A stretch of DNA of 64,000 nucleotides from Treponemataceae bacterium (GTDB taxonomy: Bacteria > Spirochaetota > Spirochaetia > Treponematales > Rectinemataceae): positions 1,056,001 to 1,120,000 of the forward strand of contig CAXXVZ010000005.1 in assembly GCA_963678065.2 (NCBI GenBank), in the 5' to 3' direction. The notes beneath the pieces were generated by a model. The model made no database searches. It was not told the DNA's origin and worked only from the letters and a program-made list of their open reading frames with translations. Both the position numbers and the translations under genes were made by a program. Position 1 is the first letter of the stretch. Each line of letters starts with the position of its first letter. Positions 29,150 through 37,753 of the stretch are shown piece by piece.

Positions 29150-30862
29150 TCAGAATGGCAAAGCTTGCGCCATCTCTTGGTCGGGAATGTCGAAAACCGT
29201 ATTGTGGGGAGGCAGAGCTTCCACGTACATGAACTCCGGAAGTCTGTCGTGCTCAGCGGTAAAACCTGCGGCCGCGTTGAATTTTTTTTCGGCCATTATG
29301 GTCTGCGCGCCAATCCCGAACAGACGCTCCGGGGTCCATTCGCCGCCGAAACGAGCCTTCATCATATCCACGAGGTAGCCGATGTTTTGGGGTTCCGCGG
29401 TGCAGAATCCCGAAAAGATGCACATTCCGAGAGAGTCGAAAGTCGCCATGCCGATCTGAAGTTTTCCGGAAAGCTCGACCTGCCCTTCTTTCTCATGGGG
29501 AACGACACGAGGATCGCCAATCGAATTGCCTGCCGTATGATCCGCGCCCATCGGGGATGTGGCGTAGGTTACCCCCGTGCCTTTCAATGCCCGAGGGTCA
29601 TAGCCGGCGAGGGATTGATTCTTGACGGTCGGTATTCGCTTTACCTTCAGATACGCGCCGCAAAAGGCCGTCCCTTTTCCCATGATTCGTCCGAACTCGG
29701 TTCCTTCACCCATCGCATGGATCAGGGCCAACACAGCTTTTTTGTCACCAAAGGGAATCAGGCCGGCTTCCATGCAGACGCCGAGGGTACAGCCCGTCTC
29801 CATCGTGTCCAGCCCGAAGTCGTCGCACAATCGGTCGATGGCCGCGATCGTGTCGAGATCGGAAATCCCCAGGTTCGATCCATTCAGCGCTATCGTTTCG
29901 AATTCGAAGCCCGAGGTCAGATACTCGTTTTTTTCATCCATGTAAATGTTCGAACATCCGATGGGACAGCCGTACTGGCAGGAATGGCCATTCTTTCCCC
30001 CTCTTCCCGCCTGAAGCCGCGACAGGTTTTCGCCGCTGATGCTTTCGGCTCCGGGGAAAGTGCCCGCGCGATAATTGTTAGTAGGCAAAGCTCCTATCGC
30101 ATTGACAGCATTCACCAGCACCGCCGTCCCGAGAGCCGGCAAGGCTTTCCCCGAAAGCCCGTTCTCCATTATTCCCTGGATGTACTTCTTGTTGGCTATC
30201 TTGAAAGCTTCCTCGTCCGAATACTCCACCTCATGCCTGCCCGGGGAAGCTTCGATCACCACCGCTACCAGGCGCTTCGAACCCATGACCGCACCGATCC
30301 CCCCTCGCGCCGCGGCCCTGGTGGGTCTGCCCAAGGTATCCAGAATCTGTATGGAGGAGTTCAGGTATCCCCTCTGCCCCGCGCAGCCGATCGAGGCTGC
30401 TGCTATCTTCTGCCCATATTCGGCCTTCAGCAGATCCGACAGAGCATAATTATTGAGTCCGGCGAGGCTGTCCGCGGAGAGTATCTCGGCTCCACGAGGG
30501 CTTATCCGCAATAAATACCAATTTTCCTCGTCCGGTTTGCCTTCGATGACGATTGCCCTGAGCCCCTGCCTGGCCAGTTCCCGTCCGAAGGTCCCGCCGG
30601 CATTGGCTTCCTTGATTGTCCCTGTCAGAGGACTTTTCGCCCCGACAGAAAGCCTCCCCGCTGTCGGCGCGTTCGTTCCCGCCAAAAGCCCATTGCAGAA
30701 TATCAGCTTGTTGCCCGAACCCAGCGGCTCACAGGTCGGGTCGACTTCGTCGTTCAAAATCCTTCCAATAAAGCCACGCCCCCCAATCGTTTCGAAGTCC
30801 TCATCGATATTCTCGTATTTTATCGTTCTGACACTCATATCGACACGAAGGATTTTGAACAT
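29150..30862 (-). CDS. Aldehyde:ferredoxin oxidoreductase (W/Mo)
   Basis: GAKSPLTG.IKEANAGG, AARGGIGAVMGSK, C..GCPIGC, CDDFGLDTME, YDPR, GADHT. Confidence 0.92.
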   Translation of the reverse strand: MFKILRVDMSVRTIKYENIDEDFETIGGRGFIGRILNDEVDPTCEPLGSGNKLIFCNGLLAGTNAPTAGRLSVGAKSPLTGTIKEANAGGTFGRELARQGLRAIVIEGKPDEENWYLLRISPRGAEILSADSLAGLNNYALSDLLKAEYGQKIAAASIGCAGQRGYLNSSIQILDTLGRPTRAAARGGIGAVMGSKRLVAVVIEASPGRHEVEYSDEEAFKIANKKYIQGIMENGLSGKALPALGTAVLVNAVNAIGALPTNNYRAGTFPGAESISGENLSRLQAGRGGKNGHSCQYGCPIGCSNIYMDEKNEYLTSGFEFETIALNGSNLGISDLDTIAAIDRLCDDFGLDTMETGCTLGVCMEAGLIPFGDKKAVLALIHAMGEGTEFGRIMGKGTAFCGAYLKVKRIPTVKNQSLAGYDPRALKGTGVTYATSPMGADHTAGNSIGDPRVVPHEKEGQVELSGKLQIGMATFDSLGMCIFSGFCTAEPQNIGYLVDMMKARFGGEWTPERLFGIGAQTIMAEKKFNAAAGFTAEHDRLPEFMYVEALPPHNTVFDIPDQEMAQALPF

Positions 30863-31059
30863 GGGGACCTTCCTTAGCATATGGTTCTATTCTATATAGT
30901 AAGACTTCGAATCTTTTAAAGATATTCATACTTTGCTCTTCTCTTTTCGAGAATTGCTTTCCAGATATCAATGATTGCTTCGACGCATGAGTAAAAGTAT
31001 TCGGATTCATACGTTTGCTTCAGAATCCTTCTTAATCACTCCAAAAAGTTCAGCGACTA

Positions 31060-31090
31060 TTGACTTGGAGTCAACTCCAGGATGTACCTT
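31060..31090 (+). promoter_or_regulatory. MerR-type promoter with dyad operator
   Basis: TTGACT (31060-31065), 19-bp spacer containing TGGAGT-CA-ACTCCA, then TACCTT (31085-31090). Confidence 0.8.
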
Positions 31091-31107
31091 CGCACATGAG
31101 GTGAGAA

Positions 31108-31358
31108 ATGCATATCGCAGAGGTGAGGGGAAAATACCATGTCTCCCACGACACGCTCAGGTATTACGAGCGGATCGGCTTGATTCCCTAGAGGAAACAA
31201 ACGACACCCGGAAAGCTTTGTTGGTGGAACAAAGAAATCTTCTAGCCGCGAAAATCGAAGACCTGAAGAAGACCCTGGAGCGGCTGGACTTGAAAATTGA
31301 ACGATACGAGAAGGTGCTGCTCGAGAAGGAAAGATCCATGAGAGGATTCAATGAATAA
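31108..31358 (+). pseudogene. MerR family (AdhR/NmlR-like) regulator with an internal deletion
   Basis: ATG 31108 reads MHIAEVRGKYHVSHDTLRYYERIGLIP then TAG. The C-terminal coiled coil RKALLVEQRNLL..LERLDLKIERYE follows at once in another frame. Confidence 0.82.
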
Positions 31359-31467
31359 TGACGCGAGGAATGAGTAGGAGTTTGATTATACACTCGTCGA
31401 AGAAGAAGGATGAGAACGGAGTCTTCCCGAGGGGGAACGTAATTCCAGGGGACCATTTCACTATTGG

Positions 31468-31677
31468 ATCGGCCACGAACTGACGGCCATGTTCGGGATC
31501 GATCACGGACAAACCCTCGCGATCGTGCTGCCCTCGCTGCTCGAAGTCCAGTGCAAACAAAAACATGCCAAGCTCGTTCAATACGCTGAGCGGGTATGGA
31601 GGATCAATGGCGTCGGCGAAGAAGAAAAGGTCACTATAACCATCGAAAGGACGAAGATCCTCATGAACGCGCCGTGA
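31468..31677 (+). pseudogene. C-terminal fragment of an iron-containing alcohol dehydrogenase (YqhD-like)
   Basis: IGHELTAMFGIDHGQTLAIVLP...KLVQYAERVW; no N-terminal part is present. Confidence 0.8.
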
Positions 31678-31705
31678 TGCGGCATCGATAGGAGATAAAA
31701 AATAT

Positions 31706-32979
31706 GGCTCTTCGCTGTTTCATGTGGGTAACTGCCCCAGTTTACCGGCGACAATGTAGGTCATGATCTTGAGATTTTTGATAGTTCGGAATCCTCTGGC
31801 TCTGGTCTTTGCTGACTGAATCAGACTATTCAACGATTCAAGAAGCCCATTTGTCACTCCGGATGTAAGCCACCGAACGACTCCATTCCAGTGTCGTTTG
31901 AGCATCGCAGCAAAATTGATGATTGGGGTAAGCTGTGATCGTGTTGCCCATACTCTCCATTTTTTAAGTTCTTCTATGGCTCGAGAAGCCGAGAATTCGA
32001 AAAGTCCCTTGAAAATGTTCATCATTCGCCATGCTCGCCCTGTTTTTAACTGTAATCCTGACAAGGTGTTGAGACGGGCCAAATTCTTAACCGACAGATT
32101 GTAGGGGTTGCTCAACCAGACATATTTCGAACCTCTGAGTACCGTTTCCATCGTTGATTCTTCTTTCCGCACGTCGTTGACTGCTTCACCCAGAAGCTTC
32201 ATGACATGAAACCGATCAAACGTGAGAGCAGCCTGGGGAAGATGCTCTTCGATCCCGGACATGAACGCCGGCGACATATCGGTACAGACCGTCCGTGATA
32301 GCAGTTTTCGAGCCTCCATGGGCTTCCAGATGCTCTGTAAAGGCTTTTATAGTGGATGCATCCTTGCCTTCGGTCACATATATGGCTTTCCCTGTATCGA
32401 GATCGGCCACAACGGTGATGTATGAGTGTCCGCGTTTGGCTGCTGTTTCGTCGATTCCGATTCGTGTGGTTTTCGATAAATCTTGTGTAGCCACGTCTTC
32501 GGAAACATAATGGTCCATAATTCGCCACACTCGCGTATCGGTGGTAGCTGTCAGTCTGGAAACTGCCTTGACGCTCATTTCCTTGACCATGATCATCATG
32601 AGGGCTTCGTACAGCAGGGTAAATCCCGATCCTTTACGCGCCCACGGGATATCAATCAGATGAACGCCATGCTCAGGACAGTCTATCCGCGGAACTCGTG
32701 CATGCAGATAGGCTTCATGCTGGAAAAAATTGAGGTGACGCCATGTTTTGGGCATCGTATCGTAGGCTGTACCCTTGTAATCGCAGGAAAAACACGGGAA
32801 ACGACTCCCGGGCTTGAACCCAAGCTGTATATCAAGCCGATGTTCTGTTGGTTTGAACTCTATGTTCTCAACAATCCAGGGTTCAGATAATCCAAGCGCA
32901 AGGGCGAATAGTTCTACGTCTTTCATGCTGCTCATCCTACCATGCTTCCTTGGTTACCCACACGATTCGTTGAAGAGCC
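31706..32979 (-). mobile_element. ISL3-family insertion sequence (1274 bp)
   Basis: 27-bp imperfect terminal inverted repeats GGCTCTTC-N9-TGTGGGTAAC (31706-31732 and 32953-32979). Flanks AAAAATAT and TAAAATAT match 7/8, consistent with an 8-bp target duplication. Confidence 0.92.
31720..32935 (-). pseudogene. ISL3 transposase with one frameshift near 32292
   Basis: WRHLNFFQHEAYLHARVPR and GIDET are in one frame; VCTDMS, FDRFHV, TNGLLESLNS and ARGFR are in the other. Confidence 0.88.
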
Positions 32980-32985
32980 TAAAAT

Positions 32986-34123
32986 ATGGCAAAGAAACTG
33001 GGTTTTGGATGTATGAGATTGCCGCTTCTGGACAAGGATGACCAGATGGCAGTCGACATGGAAACTTTCGACAAGCTTGTGGACACTTTTCTGGAAAAAG
33101 GCTTTTCCTATTTCGATACGGCTCTGACCTATCACGGCTTCAGGAGCGAGGAGTTCGTGCGAGAGGCTTTGGTCAAGCGCCATCGCAGAGATGAATTCAC
33201 CCTTGCAACAAAGCTTCCACCCCGGGTCCTGAAGGCCGCGGGGACCAAGAGAGAATATTCGGCGAGCAGCTCGAGAAATGCGGCGTCGAGTTCTTCGATT
33301 ATTACCTTCTTCACAACATCGGGCTCGGCCCCTATCAGCAGGCGCGCAAATATGACATGTTCGGCTTTGTGCAGAGAAAAAAGGAGGAAGGAAAGATCAA
33401 GAATGCCGGCATGTCCTTCCACGATACGCCGGAGCTGCTCGACGAGATACTGACCGCACATTCCGAGCTCGATTTTGTCCAGCTACAGATCAACTACATC
33501 GACTGGGAGAACCCCGGAATCCAGTCCAGAAGGTGCCACGAGGTCGCCAGGAAGCACAACATGCCGATCGTAGTCATGGAGCCCGCAAGGGCGGCAACCT
33601 CGCCCTGGTCCCCGCAAAGGCGGAAGAGCTGATGAAGGCGTACAATCCGGACGCATCCGTTCCGTCGTGGGCCATCAGGTTCGCCGCAAGTCAGGAAGGC
33701 GTCATGATGGTCTTGAGCGGCATGAACACCATGGAGCAGGTCCTCGACAACACTTCGCACATGGCGGACTTCAAGCCGCTCAATGAGGAAGAATACAGGA
33801 TAATTTCCCAAGTTGCCGACATCATCAATGCGGACACCGCGATTCCCTGCACGGCCTGCCAGTACTGCGTCGCCGGCTGCCCGAAGAAGATCGCGATCCC
33901 GGATTACTTCGCCCTCTACAACAGCGCGAAACGCGCTATAACCGACAATATTTCGAGTCAGTTCGTCTACTACCTGAACCTGACATCCACGCACGGCAGG
34001 GCCGGTGACTGCATCGGCTGCAAGAAGTGCGAGCAATCTTGTCCGCAGCATCTGAAGATCACGGAGTTCTTGAAGAATGTATCGGCGGCATTCGATAACG
34101 GGCCGGGATTGCCGACGAAATGA
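32986..34123 (+). pseudogene. Aldo/keto reductase with C-terminal 4Fe-4S domain, two frameshifts
   Basis: LGFGCMRLP..YFDTA..LATKLP, then FFDYYLLHN..QLQINY..VMEP, then KGGNL..CTACQYC..CIGCKKCEQSCPQ, with frame changes near 33240 and 33585. Confidence 0.85.
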
Positions 34124-34152
34124 TGGGGAAGGTGCAGAAGGAGATGGGAGAA

Positions 34153-34335
34153 ATGGGAAATTTGATCGCCTATTATTCGCGCGAGGGAAACAACTATGTC
34201 GACGGCAGCATCGTGAATCTGCCCATCGGCAACACCGAAGTAGCCGCGAAGATGATCCAGAAACTGACAGACGGCGATACATTCCGAATCGATACCGTGG
34301 AGTACGATTTCTCCGGCAAGACCATCATTCCCTAC
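34153..34335 (+). pseudogene. Flavodoxin remnant, internally deleted and truncated
   Basis: LIAYYSREGNNY..GNTEVAAKMI..FRIDTV is joined directly to YDFSGKTIIP, then runs into the convergent lactonase stop. Confidence 0.7.
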
Positions 34336-35430
34336 TTAATCCAGCAGATATGTCGCTATGCAGACAGGTGTCGGCACCTCGATTTCTGCAGCCTTGGCAA
34401 GCTTCCCGGACTCTGTATCAATACGGAAAGTTGTTACGTTATCGGAGTTCTGGTTTGCGACAAGCAGGAAGGTGCCGCTCGGATCGATCATAAAATCGCG
34501 AGGCGTCCTGCCTCCGGATGGCTCACATCCGACATCAGTTAAAAAGCCTGTTTCCCTATCGATTCGATAAACGATGATGCTGTCATGACCGCGATTGGAA
34601 GCGTACAGAAATCTACCATCCGGGGAAACCCGAATGGCGGCACACAGATTTACAATGTTGCATGTTTCGGGCAAGGCGGACACAATCTGCAGAATCATGA
34701 ACCGCCCATCGGCAGGCTGATAGCGCAAAACTTCAATGGTAGAATCCAGCTCATTGATCAGGTAACAGAATTTCCCGGAAGGATGAAATGCACAGTGCCG
34801 AGGTCCTGCGCCAGGCTTGATGAATGGCCCAATATTTTCAACGAGGTTCAGAGGTTTGCTCGCATCGCTGTCATACCTGTAGGTCACCAGCTTATCGATG
34901 CCCAAATCGCAGGCGAAGGCGTAACGCTGTTCCGGATCAAAGAACAAAGAATGCACATGAGGGCCGGTCTGGCGGTTTTTATTGATGCTTGTTCCCTGGT
35001 GCTGAATCAACTGCACCGCTTTCCCAAGCCTTCCGTCAGGCACTATTGGTAATACGCTGACACTGCCGCTCGAATAATTCGAGACAAGTACATGACGCCC
35101 TGATCCTGCAACGACGATATGGCAAGGATCCATGCCCTCTGAAGCCTGGCTGTTCAGCTTTTTCAGCAGTCGGGTATTGCGCTCGACAGAAAACGCGGTT
35201 ACCGCTCCCGATGGCTTGCCATTGTATTCCTGAAGCTCGTTGACGCAGTACAAACGCTCGCGCGCCGGATCACAGGCGATATACGATGGATTGGCGACAT
35301 CGGGAACCTTCTGCGTCAATACGAGAGAGCCGGACTCCAGATCCAGAGTGCAGGAATATATTCCCTCACCTTTCCCGCGATAGCTCGGCTCGGTATACGT
35401 TCCTATAAAAACTGCAACATGCTTCCCCAT
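34336..35430 (-). CDS. pgl: Lactonase family protein (6-phosphogluconolactonase, beta-propeller type)
   Basis: GTYT, NPSY, PCHI, NYSSGS, PHVH, DLGID, GAGPRH, ASNRGHDSI, TPRDF. Confidence 0.85.
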   Translation of the reverse strand: MGKHVAVFIGTYTEPSYRGKGEGIYSCTLDLESGSLVLTQKVPDVANPSYIACDPARERLYCVNELQEYNGKPSGAVTAFSVERNTRLLKKLNSQASEGMDPCHIVVAGSGRHVLVSNYSSGSVSVLPIVPDGRLGKAVQLIQHQGTSINKNRQTGPHVHSLFFDPEQRYAFACDLGIDKLVTYRYDSDASKPLNLVENIGPFIKPGAGPRHCAFHPSGKFCYLINELDSTIEVLRYQPADGRFMILQIVSALPETCNIVNLCAAIRVSPDGRFLYASNRGHDSIIVYRIDRETGFLTDVGCEPSGGRTPRDFMIDPSGTFLLVANQNSDNVTTFRIDTESGKLAKAAEIEVPTPVCIATYLLD

Positions 35431-35501
35431 GAAGCCCCTCCATCAATCGCCGCCCGGCAGACGCTCAGAGAGAATATCTTCCAGCGGAAAAGGCACAAGA
35501 C

Positions 35502-36305
35502 TCAGGTCAGTACTTGTATCCCGGATGACTCGAGATGGCGCCGACAGGGGTCGGGAATGCCCGGGTCTGTCACGATGCCGGCAATGAGGGACAGGTCGGA
35601 ACAGATCGTGGCCGCGTGCGAGACGCCGAACTTCGAGGAGTCGGTGAGAATCCAGGCCTTCGCTCTGCACTCGACGCCGCGTTCCAGAATTGCGCGAGTC
35701 ACTTCTGCCCGCGCGATATCGTTCAACATGAAGCCGCCGGCAATCGTGAATCCGGAAACGCCGATAAAAGCCTTTGAAAATCCGATCGTTCGTATCGACT
35801 CGCAGACACTCGGGCCGACCAGACTTTCGCTTTCCTCCTGGTAGAGACCGCCCAGGACGATCACGCGGACCTTCGAGCCGCGGAACAAGCGGGCGATGAA
35901 AAGGTTGGTGGTTATCACCGTCAGCCCTTGCAGACCCTTAATCCGCTCGGCGAACATGGCGATGGCCGATCCCGCTTCCATGAGTATCGTGTCGCCCGGC
36001 TCGATCAAGGCCGCGGCCCTGAGTGCGATCGCCTGCTTTTCCGCGTAACGCAGGTGCATGCGGAAGGGGATATCGTCCCCTGTGTAGATGCGGGCTTCGC
36101 CGTGGAATCGCCGCACGACGCCCTGACGTTCGAGCTCATCGAGGCTCTTCCGGATCGATACTCCCGAGACATGGAACTCGGTGGCCAGGTCCGCGACCCG
36201 GCAGCTTCCCGCCTTGAACACCGCGTCCCGCACGGCGTTGACTATTTCTTTGTTTCCAAGCTTTCCGCGCGCCCTGGGCTTGCTCTTTTTTTCGCTGGTG
36301 CTCAT
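35502..36305 (-). CDS. DeoR/GlpR family transcriptional regulator
   Basis: HTH LATEFHVS..SIRKSL, EKQAIA..AA, VITTN, LTDSSKF. Confidence 0.88.
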   Translation of the reverse strand: MSTSEKKSKPRARGKLGNKEIVNAVRDAVFKAGSCRVADLATEFHVSGVSIRKSLDELERQGVVRRFHGEARIYTGDDIPFRMHLRYAEKQAIALRAAALIEPGDTILMEAGSAIAMFAERIKGLQGLTVITTNLFIARLFRGSKVRVIVLGGLYQEESESLVGPSVCESIRTIGFSKAFIGVSGFTIAGGFMLNDIARAEVTRAILERGVECRAKAWILTDSSKFGVSHAATICSDLSLIAGIVTDPGIPDPCRRHLESSGIQVLT

Positions 36306-36348
36306 TTAACCATCCGGATACGATACTCTGGAAAATGCCTTGGGCATG

Positions 36349-36834
36349 TCAAGCCTCGCGGGGCAGAACCGCCAGATGACGCCGGAGAGCCTCGATTACC
36401 ATGCGATGGTCCTCGTGATCGCGCAGGCCGGAAACAGTCGCCGTCCCCACGACTCCGACGGCGCGGATGCGTATAGGCACAGCCCCACCTGATGGCGCGT
36501 ACTCCGCTTTCGATAATCCATACTCCTCTTCTATCGACTTCCCCTTCTGCTTCAATGTTGTGGCTATATAGAAAGAACTCCTGTGGAAGCGATACACGAC
36601 CCGGTTCTTGCGCGCGATCCATTGATCGTTGTCCGGAGTACTGCCCGGCAGGGCGGCGTGAAACAGAGTCTGGCCATTCACGCTGATGTCTATAGCTATG
36701 GGAAGGGAATCGCGCCTGCCCGAAGCGACGAGGTCCTGGCCTATCTGCCAAGCCTCTTCGAAGCCAAAATGCGCGAACTGGAGTTCTTCGAACTCGGCAT
36801 CGATCTGAGCGATCGCGGCTTCGTAGTCTGTCAT
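36349..36834 (-). CDS. Heme-binding/GlcG-like protein (UPF0303)
   Basis: Real start MTDYEAA (ATGA overlap); PGSTPDNDQWIARK..V.RF.RSS, GGAVPI, VSGL...EDH. Confidence 0.8.
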   Translation of the reverse strand: MTDYEAAIAQIDAEFEELQFAHFGFEEAWQIGQDLVASGRRDSLPIAIDISVNGQTLFHAALPGSTPDNDQWIARKNRVVYRFHRSSFYIATTLKQKGKSIEEEYGLSKAEYAPSGGAVPIRIRAVGVVGTATVSGLRDHEDHRMVIEALRRHLAVLPREA

Positions 36835-37694
36835 GACAGTGCCTTCTCCAGGGCTTTCAGCATGACGTCCTTGTCCGGCTTGAGCCCTGTCCACATCGTG
36901 ATGTTGAGGGCCGCCTGGTTGATCAGCATCTGCATGCCGCTCTGCCACCGCGCGCCGCGCATGTCGGCTTCGTGGAGGAAGGGCGTGAAGGCCGGATTGG
37001 GGATGACATCCTGGACATACATATTCCCGGTGATGGTGTCGTAGTCTATATTCGGCTTGTCGCCGACATTGGGATAGAGGCCGATGGAGGTGGCATTGAC
37101 GAGAATGTCCGTGCCTGCGGGAATCCTGAAGGCATCCACCCAGGGCACATAATCGACAGCTACCTTGGTATTTTCTCTGAGGATTCCTACGAGGCTTTCG
37201 CCCAGGGCCATGTCCTTGGGAATGTTGACGATGGTCAGGTGGCGGGCGCCGGCCAGGGCCAGTTCGACGCATATGGCCCTGGCGGCGCCACCGGCTCCCA
37301 GCACCACCACATCCTTGCCTTTGGGGGCAACGCCCGCGTTTTCCAGGGCGATCATGAAGCCCTGGCCGTCCGTGTTTTCGCCCGTCAGCACTCCGTCGTC
37401 GTTGATGATGGTGTTCACCGCGCCGATCAGCCTGGCGCTCGGCGCCAGTGTGTCGATGTATTTCAGCGCCTCGATCTTGTGCGGGATGGTGCAGTTGATG
37501 CCCCTGAATTTCATGGCCTTCAGGCCGATAATGGCCTCGCCCAGCTTGCCCGGATCGACATCGATGGTCAGGAAGCGCCAGTTCTTCAGCCCCAGATCGC
37601 GGAAGGCGGCTTCCTGTATGACCACGCCGGGATTCTCGGCCGCCGGATGCCCGAAAACGCCGACTAGGTGATCTAAGTAATCTTGCTCGTGCAT
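36831..37694 (-). CDS. Shikimate dehydrogenase-superfamily protein (atypical paralog)
   Basis: NCTIPHK, GAVNT, NTDG, GAGGAA, NATSIG, MLINQA. Confidence 0.85.
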   Translation of the reverse strand: MHEQDYLDHLVGVFGHPAAENPGVVIQEAAFRDLGLKNWRFLTIDVDPGKLGEAIIGLKAMKFRGINCTIPHKIEALKYIDTLAPSARLIGAVNTIINDDGVLTGENTDGQGFMIALENAGVAPKGKDVVVLGAGGAARAICVELALAGARHLTIVNIPKDMALGESLVGILRENTKVAVDYVPWVDAFRIPAGTDILVNATSIGLYPNVGDKPNIDYDTITGNMYVQDVIPNPAFTPFLHEADMRGARWQSGMQMLINQAALNITMWTGLKPDKDVMLKALEKALS

Positions 37695-37753
37695 GCTTTT
37701 CTCCTCTTCGATGCCTCTGGATACATATGCCCGGCTTCGCTGGGCTATGCCGA

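Noticed and set aside
32280..32300. Programmed frameshift in the transposase
   Set aside because: ISL3 transposases are single ORFs and no slippery run is present; a 1-bp insertion or sequencing error is simpler.
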